64,000 nt of DNA from a virus (IMGVR_UViG_3300038393_000804:83598-147597); one strand, 5' to 3'; shown: positions 1 through 10,423, counted from the first letter of the stretch. The notes: generated by a model not told the origin, from the sequence alone. Numbers and translations: made by a program.

Positions 1-159
1 AGCCTCCTGCTCCACTTCCAGACCCCTTGATTGCTTGACCTACTTTCTTAATGGCCGTTTTCTTGGGGTCACGAGCGGCAGCTTCTTCTACCTGCATCTT
101 TTTCTTAAGCCCGATGGCTTCTTTAAACGAATCCCACATACCCAAGTGGAGCCACCTCC

Positions 160-1032
160 TTATACTGTTACTCTAATATCTTTATAGTCTGGACGTAGTT
201 CAACGCGAACCAATCCAGTAGCGCTTGGCGCTAAACCTTTCATCTCTGGATAAGCATCCCAATATTCTACAAATGAACCACCGACTACATAAGTACGTTT
301 ATGCGGTACAAGCTCCCCTGATTCATTGTCGAACATAAATACAACATCATGATGAGATTGCTTTCCATGTGTGTGACCGCTAAAGTAAAGGTCAGCATTT
401 GGTACAACTTTATTAATCTTCTCTGCTGTATTTGCCTTAGAGCCAGTTGTAGCTCCGCCGCCAGCACCGTGGAAGAATGCACAGTTGTAATTGATATGGT
501 TTACCTGAATACGGAAGTATCCTTGATAACCAAAGTAAGGAACACCCAGTTTCTCTGCTAAAATTTCCATTGGGTTTAAGCCAATCATATTGGCAATACG
601 TTCTTCGTGGTTTCCTGGGCCGACACCAAGAATCTTCCCTGCCTTAGCAAGAGGCAATAGGATTTCGTGCAATGCTTTTAATTGCTCTGGGAAGTTCATG
701 TTTTCCTCGAACATGGCCTTTCCTACAGACACTTTCGTTGCCGTTTCTGCAAGGTCGCCGTTTAGCACTGTTACTGCATTTGGTACTTTCAAGATATAGT
801 CAACGAATGCTTTGAAGTAAGGAATGTTGGCTTGCTTATTCCCTAAATGAACATCCGTAATCGGCACCATAATAAGGCCATTTTGTACATAAATATCCTC
901 ATTGAAAGCATATTGGTGAATCTCCTTCCCCTTTTTAGGAGCTGAATCCCGAACCTTGTAAAAGTATTCTAATGAATCCCAGTTCTCTTCCTTTGCTGGT
1001 ACAGAATCAAAAGCTGATTTAACTTTCTTCAT
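160..1032 (-). CDS. calcineurin-like metallophosphoesterase (ORF-track start 1047; the second ATG at 1032 has better SD spacing)
   Basis: Motifs in order: DVHLG (DxH), NGDL (GDxx), GNHE, GHTHG. GAGGAGAGA RBS before MKKVK. Confidence 0.7.
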   Translation of the reverse strand: MKKVKSAFDSVPAKEENWDSLEYFYKVRDSAPKKGKEIHQYAFNEDIYVQNGLIMVPITDVHLGNKQANIPYFKAFVDYILKVPNAVTVLNGDLAETATKVSVGKAMFEENMNFPEQLKALHEILLPLAKAGKILGVGPGNHEERIANMIGLNPMEILAEKLGVPYFGYQGYFRIQVNHINYNCAFFHGAGGGATTGSKANTAEKINKVVPNADLYFSGHTHGKQSHHDVVFMFDNESGELVPHKRTYVVGGSFVEYWDAYPEMKGLAPSATGLVRVELRPDYKDIRVTV

Positions 1033-1064
1033 TCTCTCCTCTAGCATTCTCCTAATCTCTCCCT

Positions 1065-2519
1065 TTAGCTAATATTGTTTTGTGACATAAAATCATGAAG
1101 CCACGTCGAAAGGCTAGCTTCATCAGGCCATGTTGTATTTGTGTTTTGTGTGTATTTCAAAACCATTTCCATTAGCTTATAAGTGCTGCGTGCAGCATCC
1201 TTATCAATGACAGAGCGTATCTTGTTCAAGCGAACATTGGTATCCATCACATGCATCTTATAAAAGTCGCCTGCTTGTTGGTTGTACATTCTCTCTGATT
1301 GTTTAACAGCATCGGAGATATGACCAGCAAGAACATCAAAACTAGGATTGTTTGGAATCCCGTCCAGGTTATTCATGATGTCATACACATCGTTGCTTAT
1401 CTCGTTACGGAGATGAACACCATTTACAAGCATCTTATTTATCTTCCGCTTGTTTGTACCGCCTGCCATTCCCCTTAGTGTTTCTCTCATGGATTTGGTA
1501 TCTACTTTCTTGCCATCAACAGACAATTTTAATAGGGCCTTCATCTTCTTGAATCCATTTAGCATGGCATCCCTTGTAGGGAATTGTTTCAACAGCCCAT
1601 ATAATAATTCATATTTATCGTCTTCAAATGGGTCGAAATCTACTGTATTGGCTAATAATGTAATAGTATCATTTGTATCAGAAGCTTTTCTGCCTACTAA
1701 GTCAACTATTTCTGCCTTGGTAAATAATTTCTTCTCAAGGTTTTCAATACGACGCTGTACATCTTCATACTGATGCAGTGCATCATAGTATTGTTGGGAG
1801 CCGTAGTCTGTTGCCGCCATCTCTTCATAGATTTGTTTGTTTACATTTAAAATCATTAAGAGCTGCGCGTACTGGGCGTCCAGTGATTTCTCCGCGTCAT
1901 TAATAACTATCAGCTTTGTGTCGTCCGTAGTGTATTCAGTTGGCGCTTGGTCTACAGTCACGAGTTGGGCGAATAATCCCTTCTGAATGAAATCCTTCAT
2001 ATCTACCCAATCATTCTGCATCTCCATAACGTCCGTGAAGATTTCCCCGTTCAAAATACCATCCACATCTGCCATATAGTCTTCATATGTATCCTGTATC
2101 GCAATGGCTGGAGGACTTGTAGGATTCTTGAACGTTTCTTTATATAAACTAAAAGGGATACTATCCGTAATCCCTTGAACTCCTAACTCTTCTGCAGCTT
2201 TTTGAATCACTGTTTGCGAAGAAGCAGGAATCGGAACGGATATGTCCTTCAGCTTGTCGCTCAATGTATCTACGAGTTGGTTAATACTATTCACTGTGTC
2301 TACTACGTTTTGCCATACAGTTATGGCAGAAGAACCACTAACACTATCGGTTAATCCACCCTGGCTTTGATTGGCAGTATCAACGGGCAAGCCTTGACCA
2401 CTAACAACAGGCTGAGTGTATTCTATCTTAGGCCGATAATTAATGTAGTCCCGCTCATACTGAGTATCAATACCAGAACCACCAATTTCAAATTCTTCAT
2501 CAAGTGGCATATAATTCAC
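1065..2519 (-). CDS. hypothetical protein, 484 aa, immediately downstream of TerL; possibly structural or portal-associated, but no recognisable motif
   Basis: Long ORF co-oriented with TerL, 167-nt gap, coding-like composition. Confidence 0.55.
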   Translation of the reverse strand: MNYMPLDEEFEIGGSGIDTQYERDYINYRPKIEYTQPVVSGQGLPVDTANQSQGGLTDSVSGSSAITVWQNVVDTVNSINQLVDTLSDKLKDISVPIPASSQTVIQKAAEELGVQGITDSIPFSLYKETFKNPTSPPAIAIQDTYEDYMADVDGILNGEIFTDVMEMQNDWVDMKDFIQKGLFAQLVTVDQAPTEYTTDDTKLIVINDAEKSLDAQYAQLLMILNVNKQIYEEMAATDYGSQQYYDALHQYEDVQRRIENLEKKLFTKAEIVDLVGRKASDTNDTITLLANTVDFDPFEDDKYELLYGLLKQFPTRDAMLNGFKKMKALLKLSVDGKKVDTKSMRETLRGMAGGTNKRKINKMLVNGVHLRNEISNDVYDIMNNLDGIPNNPSFDVLAGHISDAVKQSERMYNQQAGDFYKMHVMDTNVRLNKIRSVIDKDAARSTYKLMEMVLKYTQNTNTTWPDEASLSTWLHDFMSQNNIS

Positions 2520-2685
2520 CCTCTTTTTCTATTAATTTAAAAAGGACAACCAGCAGGGCAAGGGGAGGGGGAACCCCACTGGTTGCCATCAAAAAGGGAG
2601 AGGGAGGGAAAATGACTTGCAAAGCAAGCCTAGGGATTATGTGAAAGGGAGGAGGGGGACCTCCCGTGTCACCAAAGTTGGTTGG

Positions 2686-5670
2686 TTACCAGCGACTTCT
2701 TGACGGCATTCCGCTTCTTCCGCCGCCCGAACCTCTAGCACCCCAGCCCAATGAAGTTCCGCGCTTTCCTACGCTTGTTTTGCGTGGTGGCGGAGGAGTA
2801 GGTTCATCCCATTTCTGGATGTACTCTTGTTTCTCCTGTTGGGTTCTGTCAGTACCTCTATAGATTCGTCCAAGCGGGTCAACGAACTTAACGTCCGCAA
2901 CCGCTACGGTTCTAGCTGGCTGTGAATCCTCAATGGTCTTAGCAATGTCAGGCATTTGGTCAATGAATGCAAAGATACCCAACATCATCGCATCGAGTGC
3001 GTGCTCATCAACATTGGTGTAAGTCGGTTCGCCAGTCTTCGGAGAAATACGTTCTACTGTGTAGTTCGTCATCTGTCTGAAGATAACTTCGTCAACATCC
3101 TTGTTAGGAATCATCAACTGACCACGTTCCAATATGAGTGTCGTTTGGTTAACCATGAACGGCTTTAACGGCTTGTTATCAAACTCACGACTATATGGGT
3201 CACGTACTAGATAAGAGCTGCCAAGTGCAATACCCTTAACGACATCGCCCAATGTCTTACGCAACATTTCGACCTGATATTCACCTGAGCCTCTGTCGGC
3301 ATAAATGGCGAATGGTCTGTAAATGTTATTGAGTTCAATAATCTTCCGAACCGCGTTATCATAGGTAAATTCGCCCTTTGGTATTTCTACACGATTGATG
3401 ACTTGGAATCGTCCATATTTGACTACTCCTGGCCCATCAACCTCTGGGCGTGGTCGCCTTTCTAAGAATGGATTCCATTGAGTAACAACGATTTGAGTCG
3501 CTGCACCCATCTTATCCCAGTCAACGCCAATGGCGATTGGGCTGTCCATCCTAGGCTGGCTGAGTAAAGCGTAACCATTAGACGCTGCCTCGTCAATATA
3601 ATCTTTGTTAAATACCCCCACTAATTCTGTACCGAAGTTCGCCATAACCTCATGGTCGTAAGCCACGTCACTGTAAAGGTTGCGTAATTCCCTTTCCATC
3701 TTCGGTGACCAGCCTGGGTTAACCATCGTTGGGAAGTAGAACTCCGCCCATCCTTCAGCTAGTTTTCGGTCATAAGTGCGGATATCAAATTGATTTGCCA
3801 GCTTACCTTCTACATCAGGGCCACCTTTAAATAGTCTTACATCTTGATTTAGCTTTTCCTGAGTACAGATTTGCCAGAATTTGCCCCGTCGTCCAGTCGG
3901 TGTAGATGCAACCATTACGCCGATTTCATCTGGTCTTTCAAGGGTAATCGCGAAGATAGCTTCAAAGTCTTTGTCGCCAAGGTAGTCAACCTCATCCATG
4001 TATAGCCAAGATGCTTTCTGACCACGGAGAGAACCACCCTCTGTACCACTACGAGTACCAGCTGTGTACAGCTTAATACGAGATTTATTCTTGAAGACAA
4101 TCTCATATGGAGAACGACGGATACTAGCAACCGCTGCTTGAAGCACTGGATTATTGTTAATGAAGTTGTTTAACTGGTCAAATATCTCACGGGCCTGTGT
4201 ATCGTATGGTGTTGCAACCAGACATGTAGCACCTTTCTTCAGCTCTGTACCACCATTACATGTAAAGGCAACCCAAAGCATATGCGCTGTCATTGTCCAT
4301 GTGTTATGCACCAATACATCTTCTACTACTAGGTTGTGAGTCTCTGGAACGAATACGTCATAAGTCTGACGCTTACCCAGTGGCTCAATCGCCGTCACTT
4401 CTTCCCAGATAACATCAGCACGAGCCAAGTCATAAAGGAATGCGGACTCAAGATTGTCAGCATACTTACGAATCTTAGAAATAGTCGGAGCTACGCCAGG
4501 ACGAAGACGTTCGTCTTTGCCGCCAGCTACCTGAGCTTTCGACATTTTCTTCTCTTTACGCTCTTGGTCAATATGCTTCCACACTTCAATAGGAACAGTG
4601 TGTTCTACTACTTCTGTCTTCTCTGCTTGCTCCACAATACCTTTCATTGTGTATTCAGAGCCAAGAATATTAATGTCCATGCCGAAAAGCATTAAGCTTT
4701 CGCGTCTATGAATCATCAATTGATAGATAAAGCTGACGTTGTCCTTGTACTTCTGCCTCTTTGTTTGGAGATTTGTCTGGATACCGAAGCGAAGCAATAG
4801 GTGCTTAACATCCTGTGCAAGCTTCTTAGATACTGTTGCAAATCCAATCTCTGGACGTGTGCCATTATAAACCCATCCACTTACTGCATATAAGCAATTT
4901 AGGAAGATAGATATTTGCTCTTTCTTCAATCCATAAATGAAACTAGGAATCTTTCTTTCTATTACTGCCATAAGGATGTCTTCATCAATAGAAGAAGCAA
5001 TGACACATGTATTCTCCTTATGAGCTTGGCGAATAACCTTTAGTCCATACTTCTCTGCATTATAGATGAAATCTTTCATAACAGTCTGAGACTTAGTACT
5101 GAATGTTAATTGGCTTCCGTTGTAATGTCCGCCTGCAATCAAATAAGCAATAAGCTTTACCTTTTCATAGAGCGTTAATCCGTTCCCGAAATAAGGCATA
5201 GCTGATGGTGTTGCAATGCGCATTCCCTTTTGAAGAGCATCCACTTCCACCCAACCATCTAATGTTAATACAGGATGATTGCCAGTCAGGATAACTTCTG
5301 CCCCGTATTTAGTGCGCACAAGAAATGTTTCCTTTACCCCATTGTCCTCTACAAAGAAAGCTTCACTTGGTTCTAAGTGATACTTCTCGTTTAATGTGAT
5401 GAGTGACGGTTTGCCGCCATCTTTCTGCATTTGGAATAGCTCTTCTACTGACCAGTACTCTCCTGTTACTGGGTCTAATACACGTTGGGTTTCCTCAATA
5501 CATTTTCCGATACGTCGTCCGCATCGAAGAACTTTACGGTGGTGAGGATGTCTTAAGATTTGCTCTTGATACCAACGAGGGGCCTCACCTAAATGGTGAG
5601 CTGCCCACTTCGCTGGGTCACGCATAATCTCAATCATTTCCCTATCGTGATTAGTAAATTGTTTTGCCAT
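2686..5670 (-). CDS. terL: terminase large subunit, interrupted in-frame by an intein
   Basis: Exteins join as CGRRIGK|TWT, giving a Walker A GxxxxGKT. Walker B LYMDEVD follows. A C-terminal nuclease-like region is present. Intein blocks: CIEET (A), GNHPVLT (B), LIAYLIAGGHY and FLNCLYAVSGWV (LAGLIDADG), VLVHN|T (G). Confidence 0.85.
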   Translation of the reverse strand: MAKQFTNHDREMIEIMRDPAKWAAHHLGEAPRWYQEQILRHPHHRKVLRCGRRIGKCIEETQRVLDPVTGEYWSVEELFQMQKDGGKPSLITLNEKYHLEPSEAFFVEDNGVKETFLVRTKYGAEVILTGNHPVLTLDGWVEVDALQKGMRIATPSAMPYFGNGLTLYEKVKLIAYLIAGGHYNGSQLTFSTKSQTVMKDFIYNAEKYGLKVIRQAHKENTCVIASSIDEDILMAVIERKIPSFIYGLKKEQISIFLNCLYAVSGWVYNGTRPEIGFATVSKKLAQDVKHLLLRFGIQTNLQTKRQKYKDNVSFIYQLMIHRRESLMLFGMDINILGSEYTMKGIVEQAEKTEVVEHTVPIEVWKHIDQERKEKKMSKAQVAGGKDERLRPGVAPTISKIRKYADNLESAFLYDLARADVIWEEVTAIEPLGKRQTYDVFVPETHNLVVEDVLVHNTWTMTAHMLWVAFTCNGGTELKKGATCLVATPYDTQAREIFDQLNNFINNNPVLQAAVASIRRSPYEIVFKNKSRIKLYTAGTRSGTEGGSLRGQKASWLYMDEVDYLGDKDFEAIFAITLERPDEIGVMVASTPTGRRGKFWQICTQEKLNQDVRLFKGGPDVEGKLANQFDIRTYDRKLAEGWAEFYFPTMVNPGWSPKMERELRNLYSDVAYDHEVMANFGTELVGVFNKDYIDEAASNGYALLSQPRMDSPIAIGVDWDKMGAATQIVVTQWNPFLERRPRPEVDGPGVVKYGRFQVINRVEIPKGEFTYDNAVRKIIELNNIYRPFAIYADRGSGEYQVEMLRKTLGDVVKGIALGSSYLVRDPYSREFDNKPLKPFMVNQTTLILERGQLMIPNKDVDEVIFRQMTNYTVERISPKTGEPTYTNVDEHALDAMMLGIFAFIDQMPDIAKTIEDSQPARTVAVADVKFVDPLGRIYRGTDRTQQEKQEYIQKWDEPTPPPPRKTSVGKRGTSLGWGARGSGGGRSGMPSRSRW
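4303..5502 (-). mobile_element. Intein of about 400 aa (TerL residues about 57-456) with a LAGLIDADG homing endonuclease domain, inserted in the TerL P-loop
   Basis: Starts with Cys right after GRRIGK and ends in HN followed by Thr. Two LAGLIDADG-like motifs lie between the splicing blocks. Confidence 0.7.
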
Positions 5671-6134
5671 TAAGTACGAGTCCAGTTTTGGTTCAGGATT
5701 TGAGCCTCTCCACCTAGAGCGCTCCGTGCGTTTAACTTACTTCCTTGAATGGCTTGTACAGCAGCCTGACGCATTGTTAAGGCTTTCTGTGTATCGTGGT
5801 AATTGCCTCCAACTTGACCATTCAAGTGCATATTGTTGAACCATTGTTTTTGTTGATTGTACCATGTATAAGCAGCTTGGCCTGCCGCTGGAAGACCAGT
5901 AGCTAATTGATAGCCCATCATAGCTGGCATGTAGTTTGTCCATAGAACAGAGTCTACTACACCTTTCATAGCAGCTGTTCCGAAGTCATCTCCACCAGCC
6001 ATATTACTAGCTGTTTCAAAGACTGACCATCCCACCATACCTTTAGTTAATAGGCCTGGGCCTTTACCAGCCGCAGCGCCTGCTGCATTTCCGCCTCTGT
6101 TTAAAAACTTCAGCGCATTCATTGGATTAGGCAT
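5670..6134 (-). CDS. Gly/Ala-rich hypothetical protein, 154 aa; possible virion internal or ejection protein
   Basis: ORF in a tight array upstream of TerL with low-complexity G/A composition. The start overlaps the upstream stop. Confidence 0.5.
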   Translation of the reverse strand: MPNPMNALKFLNRGGNAAGAAAGKGPGLLTKGMVGWSVFETASNMAGGDDFGTAAMKGVVDSVLWTNYMPAMMGYQLATGLPAAGQAAYTWYNQQKQWFNNMHLNGQVGGNYHDTQKALTMRQAAVQAIQGSKLNARSALGGEAQILNQNWTRT

Positions 6135-6139
6135 CTATA

Positions 6140-6607
6140 TTACCCCTTTCTTGCATTGTGTAGTCCGAATACCATATTACCTGTTGCATTCAGCGTAGGT
6201 GCATTTGTTGTGTTGCTTACACCATCAGCAGCGAATACTGGAGCCTCACTGCCATAGCTGACTGTACCAGGTTTAGGCGCGAACGCTGTATTCTTTACAA
6301 ACATCCCATATCCAACAGCAGCTCCAGCTACAGGCATCGCAACTTTACTAAATGCACTAAGGTCACGCCCTGTATAGAAGTTCATTAGACTTGGGTCTGT
6401 TTTCTTTGTTAATAGTTTACCAGTAAGCTTGGCACCCTTAACAGTACCATCAGCAGCTTTATCAGCTATATAATCAAGAGGCTTCTGAACAGTGTGCAAA
6501 GCATCAACAGCTTCTTTACCTGTAGCCTTCGTCGTGTCAGCTACAAACTTTGCACTCTTCTTACCAAACTTCAAAGCGCTTTTCAGTATTCTATCTTCAA
6601 GTCCCAC
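6140..6607 (-). CDS. Gly/Ala-rich hypothetical protein, 155 aa
   Basis: Co-oriented tight array, 5-nt gap to next gene. Confidence 0.5.
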   Translation of the reverse strand: MGLEDRILKSALKFGKKSAKFVADTTKATGKEAVDALHTVQKPLDYIADKAADGTVKGAKLTGKLLTKKTDPSLMNFYTGRDLSAFSKVAMPVAGAAVGYGMFVKNTAFAPKPGTVSYGSEAPVFAADGVSNTTNAPTLNATGNMVFGLHNARKG

Positions 6608-6616
6608 TCATATCAC

Positions 6617-7165
6617 CTACTTACTGTATAGATTGTTAACACCACGAACAAGACCATCGCCTTGGCGCTGAGCAAGAATCTTGGCAGCCTGCTTACTTAC
6701 CTTTACATTCTTACCGCCTGTTAAAGAATGAATGTTTAATGCACTAGATAGTGCTCCCTTACCTTTACCAGCAAACGGGTTAAGGCTTGTAGCGCCTGTT
6801 GCAGCTTGACCCATTCTTAGTCCACCATAGATAGTAGCACCTTTGAATGCTCCAGCCTTTGCTCCATCCCAGAAGCTTCCGCCGTTTAATGCAGAAGTTG
6901 TACCACCGATAGCACCACCGACTACTGCACCACGAACAGCATGATGCCCAGCCATTGTCCATGCACTAGAGAATCCGCCTTTTTCAACAGCTTCTTCCAT
7001 ATAGCCAGACATAATATGCCCAGTTTCTTTCCAGCGGTCCATACCTTTTTTGTCCTTAAATGCACCACTAGCAGCATCTCTAAGGTAGCGGTTCTTTGCT
7101 GCTGTATGTGCTCCTCCTTCAAAGACTCTTTCAGCGCCTTTTACTGTTGATTCTAATATAGTCAC
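6617..7165 (-). CDS. Gly-rich hypothetical protein, 182 aa
   Basis: Co-oriented array; GGAIGGTTSALNGG low-complexity tract. Confidence 0.5.
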   Translation of the reverse strand: MTILESTVKGAERVFEGGAHTAAKNRYLRDAASGAFKDKKGMDRWKETGHIMSGYMEEAVEKGGFSSAWTMAGHHAVRGAVVGGAIGGTTSALNGGSFWDGAKAGAFKGATIYGGLRMGQAATGATSLNPFAGKGKGALSSALNIHSLTGGKNVKVSKQAAKILAQRQGDGLVRGVNNLYSK

Positions 7166-7178
7166 TTAAATCACTCCT

Positions 7179-8990
7179 CTAAAATGTGTATGTTTGTCCT
7201 TGAATCATCATCTGATTACTTCCAAACTTGGCATTACCCATTTTGTGATGACCAATGCGGTCTTGGAACATTTGAGTAACCATATCACCCATATTAATAG
7301 CTCCATAGGCTTGTTGATGGTACTTTCGTTCCATGTCGCGCTGTTTCTTGTCCTTCATCTGCTTTTCAGCATTCACCATTTTAGATGTCTCTGTTTGATG
7401 GTCTAATCTATCAGATGCATCCATGACAGTAGCAACAGCAAACGCTCCGATTCCGATAGCGCCCAGCATCTTGCCTTTTTCAAACCAGTTGGTGATTTTC
7501 TTCTGGCTGGCAATATTCTTCATACTGGTAATGTGCTTCTCTTTTGCAAGCTGTTCTTCAACCTTGCTTACGGTAACCTGCTCATGAGCTGGCTCATTGT
7601 GAGCGAATTCCTCAGAGACCTCTTTTGCCTTGGTCTTCCTCTGGTCAACAATTGTATCTTCGCCCGTGTCTAAGCCCTTTGGTCCGTGAGTAGGGCCGCC
7701 CATGTCACCATCTAAGACTCCTTGAGAGACAATGTCGTCAAGCCCTTTCGCTATCTTGGATAAGCCGCCCGTCATGAAGTTATGTATATCCTGCATTTCA
7801 TGTGGCTTGAAGAAATGACTTAAACCTTTCTGAATCATTTCATGGTTATCCTCATAGAACTTATTGGCACCGCCGACTCCATTACGGAGCTTACTCATGT
7901 GACTCTTGAAGAAATCCAAGAAGTCTTCCCTTGATGCTCTCACAAGGTCTTTCTTGTTAATGTCAAATTCAACATTTGCTTCCTTATATAAGCTGTTAAG
8001 AGCACCCTTACCTTCTGGACTATCCATGTAGGCACGAACATAATCCCGTGTCTTATTTACATTCTCCATAAAGGCATCAGGATTCTGAGCTATCTTGGTA
8101 ATGCCTTCCCAGTCAGAGTTCATGATGCTTTCAAAAGCACCTTTTACTGCCTGACCATGTTCAGTCTTGAGGATATTGTCCATTGCATCCTTCACATGCT
8201 TAGCGGCAGAAGAATCCATCACTTCTCCGTACATCTCTTTCCAGAGAGCACCTGTTTTCGTGTCCGTAAACTTGTTAAGGCTCTTTTCAGCAATGTCCTT
8301 AACGGTCTTTGTGCCTTTCGCCGCTTTCTCCGCTTCCTTAATGGATTTATTTTGGAAGTGACCATAGAGTTCATGGCCCATCATCGCAAGACCAGCACCA
8401 CCAAGAAGGTTGAAGGCTGTACTTCCAGCGCCATCCTTCTCACCATTCATCATAGTATAGAGAAGACCAGCCGCCATACCAGCACCACCAAAGGCTAAAC
8501 GACCCATATTAACAGGCTTCACGAACTTCCTCATGCTATTGCCGACAAGCTTACCGACAGTGAGTTTCTCTTCTCCCATGACAAAGTTTGGATTAGACTG
8601 ATGAGGAACGATACCGCCAGCTCCTGCTTTAGGTGCCTTCATCTTATTAATGGTCTTATCTATCGCGTTGCCAACAAGATTAGAGCCATACTCTGTTCGG
8701 GCTAGACCTTGAAGAGCCATCTTCGTTAGAGCACCACCAGCGTAAGCCATTCCAGCCATGCCTACAGCGTCTCCAGCAAGTTCCCCTACTGTTTCATGCT
8801 TGTCATTAATCATGTCCAGTGCAACCGCGTGTGTGGCTGCTGTAGCGGCCTCTATGCCTAGCGCAAAGACAGGGTCAGTGGCATATTTGTAGAGACCTTT
8901 ACCAGCTTTCACACCAAGGTTTACAGCTGTCTCATGTTGGCTGAGCTTTGCTGCTTGCTCAATGATGGAATCCATATTGAATGACGGCAT
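7179..8990 (-). CDS. hypothetical protein, 603 aa, Gly/Ala/Met-rich; possible virion protein
   Basis: Long ORF whose stop/start overlaps the upstream gene at 8990. Confidence 0.55.
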   Translation of the reverse strand: MPSFNMDSIIEQAAKLSQHETAVNLGVKAGKGLYKYATDPVFALGIEAATAATHAVALDMINDKHETVGELAGDAVGMAGMAYAGGALTKMALQGLARTEYGSNLVGNAIDKTINKMKAPKAGAGGIVPHQSNPNFVMGEEKLTVGKLVGNSMRKFVKPVNMGRLAFGGAGMAAGLLYTMMNGEKDGAGSTAFNLLGGAGLAMMGHELYGHFQNKSIKEAEKAAKGTKTVKDIAEKSLNKFTDTKTGALWKEMYGEVMDSSAAKHVKDAMDNILKTEHGQAVKGAFESIMNSDWEGITKIAQNPDAFMENVNKTRDYVRAYMDSPEGKGALNSLYKEANVEFDINKKDLVRASREDFLDFFKSHMSKLRNGVGGANKFYEDNHEMIQKGLSHFFKPHEMQDIHNFMTGGLSKIAKGLDDIVSQGVLDGDMGGPTHGPKGLDTGEDTIVDQRKTKAKEVSEEFAHNEPAHEQVTVSKVEEQLAKEKHITSMKNIASQKKITNWFEKGKMLGAIGIGAFAVATVMDASDRLDHQTETSKMVNAEKQMKDKKQRDMERKYHQQAYGAINMGDMVTQMFQDRIGHHKMGNAKFGSNQMMIQGQTYTF

Positions 8991-9682
8991 TATTCCTCAC
9001 CGTCTTCAAGCTCATCATAATCAACATCAATGATTTGACCAGGTTTCATTCCACCTGCAATCTGAGACATCAATTGTGAAGCGTAAGAAGATGGGTCAAG
9101 CGAGATAGTCATCTTATCTCCTGCTTTATCCTTACGAGTAGAGTTCATCAACTCAAGGACTTTAAAGCGCTTCGTCATAATCTTGTCTTTGTATTCAGTA
9201 GCCTTAGAAAGCTGTGGAGCAGTGATAGCCTCGCCGCCTTCAGTTACCGTTACAACGACATCTTCAACGAAGTCACCTTGAACAGCTATCTTATTCTCTG
9301 CACGGAATAACTGAACGTCATAGTCAATTAAGTCTTTTACTAAGCTCATATCAACAACATTGGATTCATCAATACCAAACTCACGACTATACTCTTCGTA
9401 TTTTCTTAGTATCATGGCAATCTCCAATGGACATCTCTCAGCCTTCGGTGCTTTACCCATTTCAACAAGCGGACATACTGCCGCATATGGGCACTCCTCT
9501 GCCTTACATAGCATTGGAATAGATGCGTACAAACCATGTTTCGTATGGGACATTCCCACCGCTAGTTGGATTGCTTCACGTCCTTTATCGGATAACTTCC
9601 ATGACGCGGGCATTTCCACCTCAGTAAGGGATTGTACTTGCTGCATCTTCATTAGTTCTGCTTTACGATTATTGGCAGACAT
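8990..9682 (-). CDS. hypothetical protein, 230 aa, with a Cys cluster (C-x4-C-x..-C) and acidic C-terminus; possibly a DNA-binding or packaging accessory protein
   Basis: ORF at the head of the leftward operon. The MLCKAEECPYAAVCPL...C motif and DYDELEDGEE tail are visible. Confidence 0.5.
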   Translation of the reverse strand: MSANNRKAELMKMQQVQSLTEVEMPASWKLSDKGREAIQLAVGMSHTKHGLYASIPMLCKAEECPYAAVCPLVEMGKAPKAERCPLEIAMILRKYEEYSREFGIDESNVVDMSLVKDLIDYDVQLFRAENKIAVQGDFVEDVVVTVTEGGEAITAPQLSKATEYKDKIMTKRFKVLELMNSTRKDKAGDKMTISLDPSSYASQLMSQIAGGMKPGQIIDVDYDELEDGEE

Positions 9683-9839
9683 AATTTCACTTCCTTTCAG
9701 GCATAATAAAACCAGGACACCTGAACCTACGTCTGAAGCACCCTGGAATGGTATGGTAGGTCAGGTATCGCCTTATGGACACCGTAACCACTTAGTATCA
9801 AGTTTGTAAATAGGTTTGATAAAGAATGGAGATGATATT

Positions 9840-10094
9840 ATGGACATAAGAGGGACTGTGGCATCGTGGCATATTGTCAGTACGATTATAGCCGCCACCA
9901 TCTCTGCTGCCCAAACAGCAAGGATAAGGAAATCTATAAGAGAGCACAATAGGACTTCTGTTAGCGTTATGATTGTTGGAGGTATTATTGCTCTCTTTGG
10001 TACTATTACCATTATGATTAGGGCAAAGAAAAGCGCCCATTTCATAGAGGAGAACAACAAAATGCTAAAGGGAATAAAAAGATGGGGAATTTGA
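9840..10094 (+). CDS. small membrane protein with two predicted TM helices
   Basis: GGAG RBS 8 nt upstream of the ATG at 9840. The hydrophobic segments are read from the sequence; it is followed by the terminator at 10334. An overlapping minus-strand ORF (9773-10183) is the alternative. Confidence 0.35.
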   Translation: MDIRGTVASWHIVSTIIAATISAAQTARIRKSIREHNRTSVSVMIVGGIIALFGTITIMIRAKKSAHFIEENNKMLKGIKRWGI

Positions 10095-10333
10095 AAAAGA
10101 AGCCGTTCCTTGTTGCACCCCCATGGATGATATTTTTCTTCTTTATATCTCATACCGCAATGTGGTTTGTTTCTTTTGGTCAAACGATTTGGATTGTTAG
10201 GGAAGTAAGAAAAGAAATTCGCGTTTTATATAATAAATTAAAATAATAACAAAAAAGGTATCCTTCTCTGACGGCTCCCATTTCACTGAATGTTTAATAG
10301 CCCGTAGAAGATACCTTTTATTGCCGAAGGCTC

Positions 10334-10354
10334 CGCGCCGCTGCGCGTTTTTTA
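10334..10354 (+). terminator. Rho-independent terminator (cgcgc-cgct-gcgcg plus T7)
   Basis: 5-bp all-GC stem followed by TTTTTTT. Confidence 0.45.
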
Positions 10355-10423
10355 TACCTAACTTATGTCCGATATATTCCCTTCTGCTTACATATAAACC
10401 TTTTTACTGAAATATTGCAAGAG

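Noticed and set aside
2956-5627. Several plus-strand ORFs (2956-3168, 4154-4339, 4336-4695, 5403-5627) and minus ORF 3915-4130 inside the terminase gene
   Set aside because: They are antisense or alternate-frame to a long, motif-rich TerL ORF. They have no RBS and odd composition, so they are translation artefacts.
9773-10183. 136-aa minus-strand ORF overlapping the small plus-strand membrane ORF
   Set aside because: Its hydrophobicity mirrors that of the plus-strand ORF on the complementary strand. The plus-strand ORF has a properly spaced GGAG SD, while the minus ORF does not.
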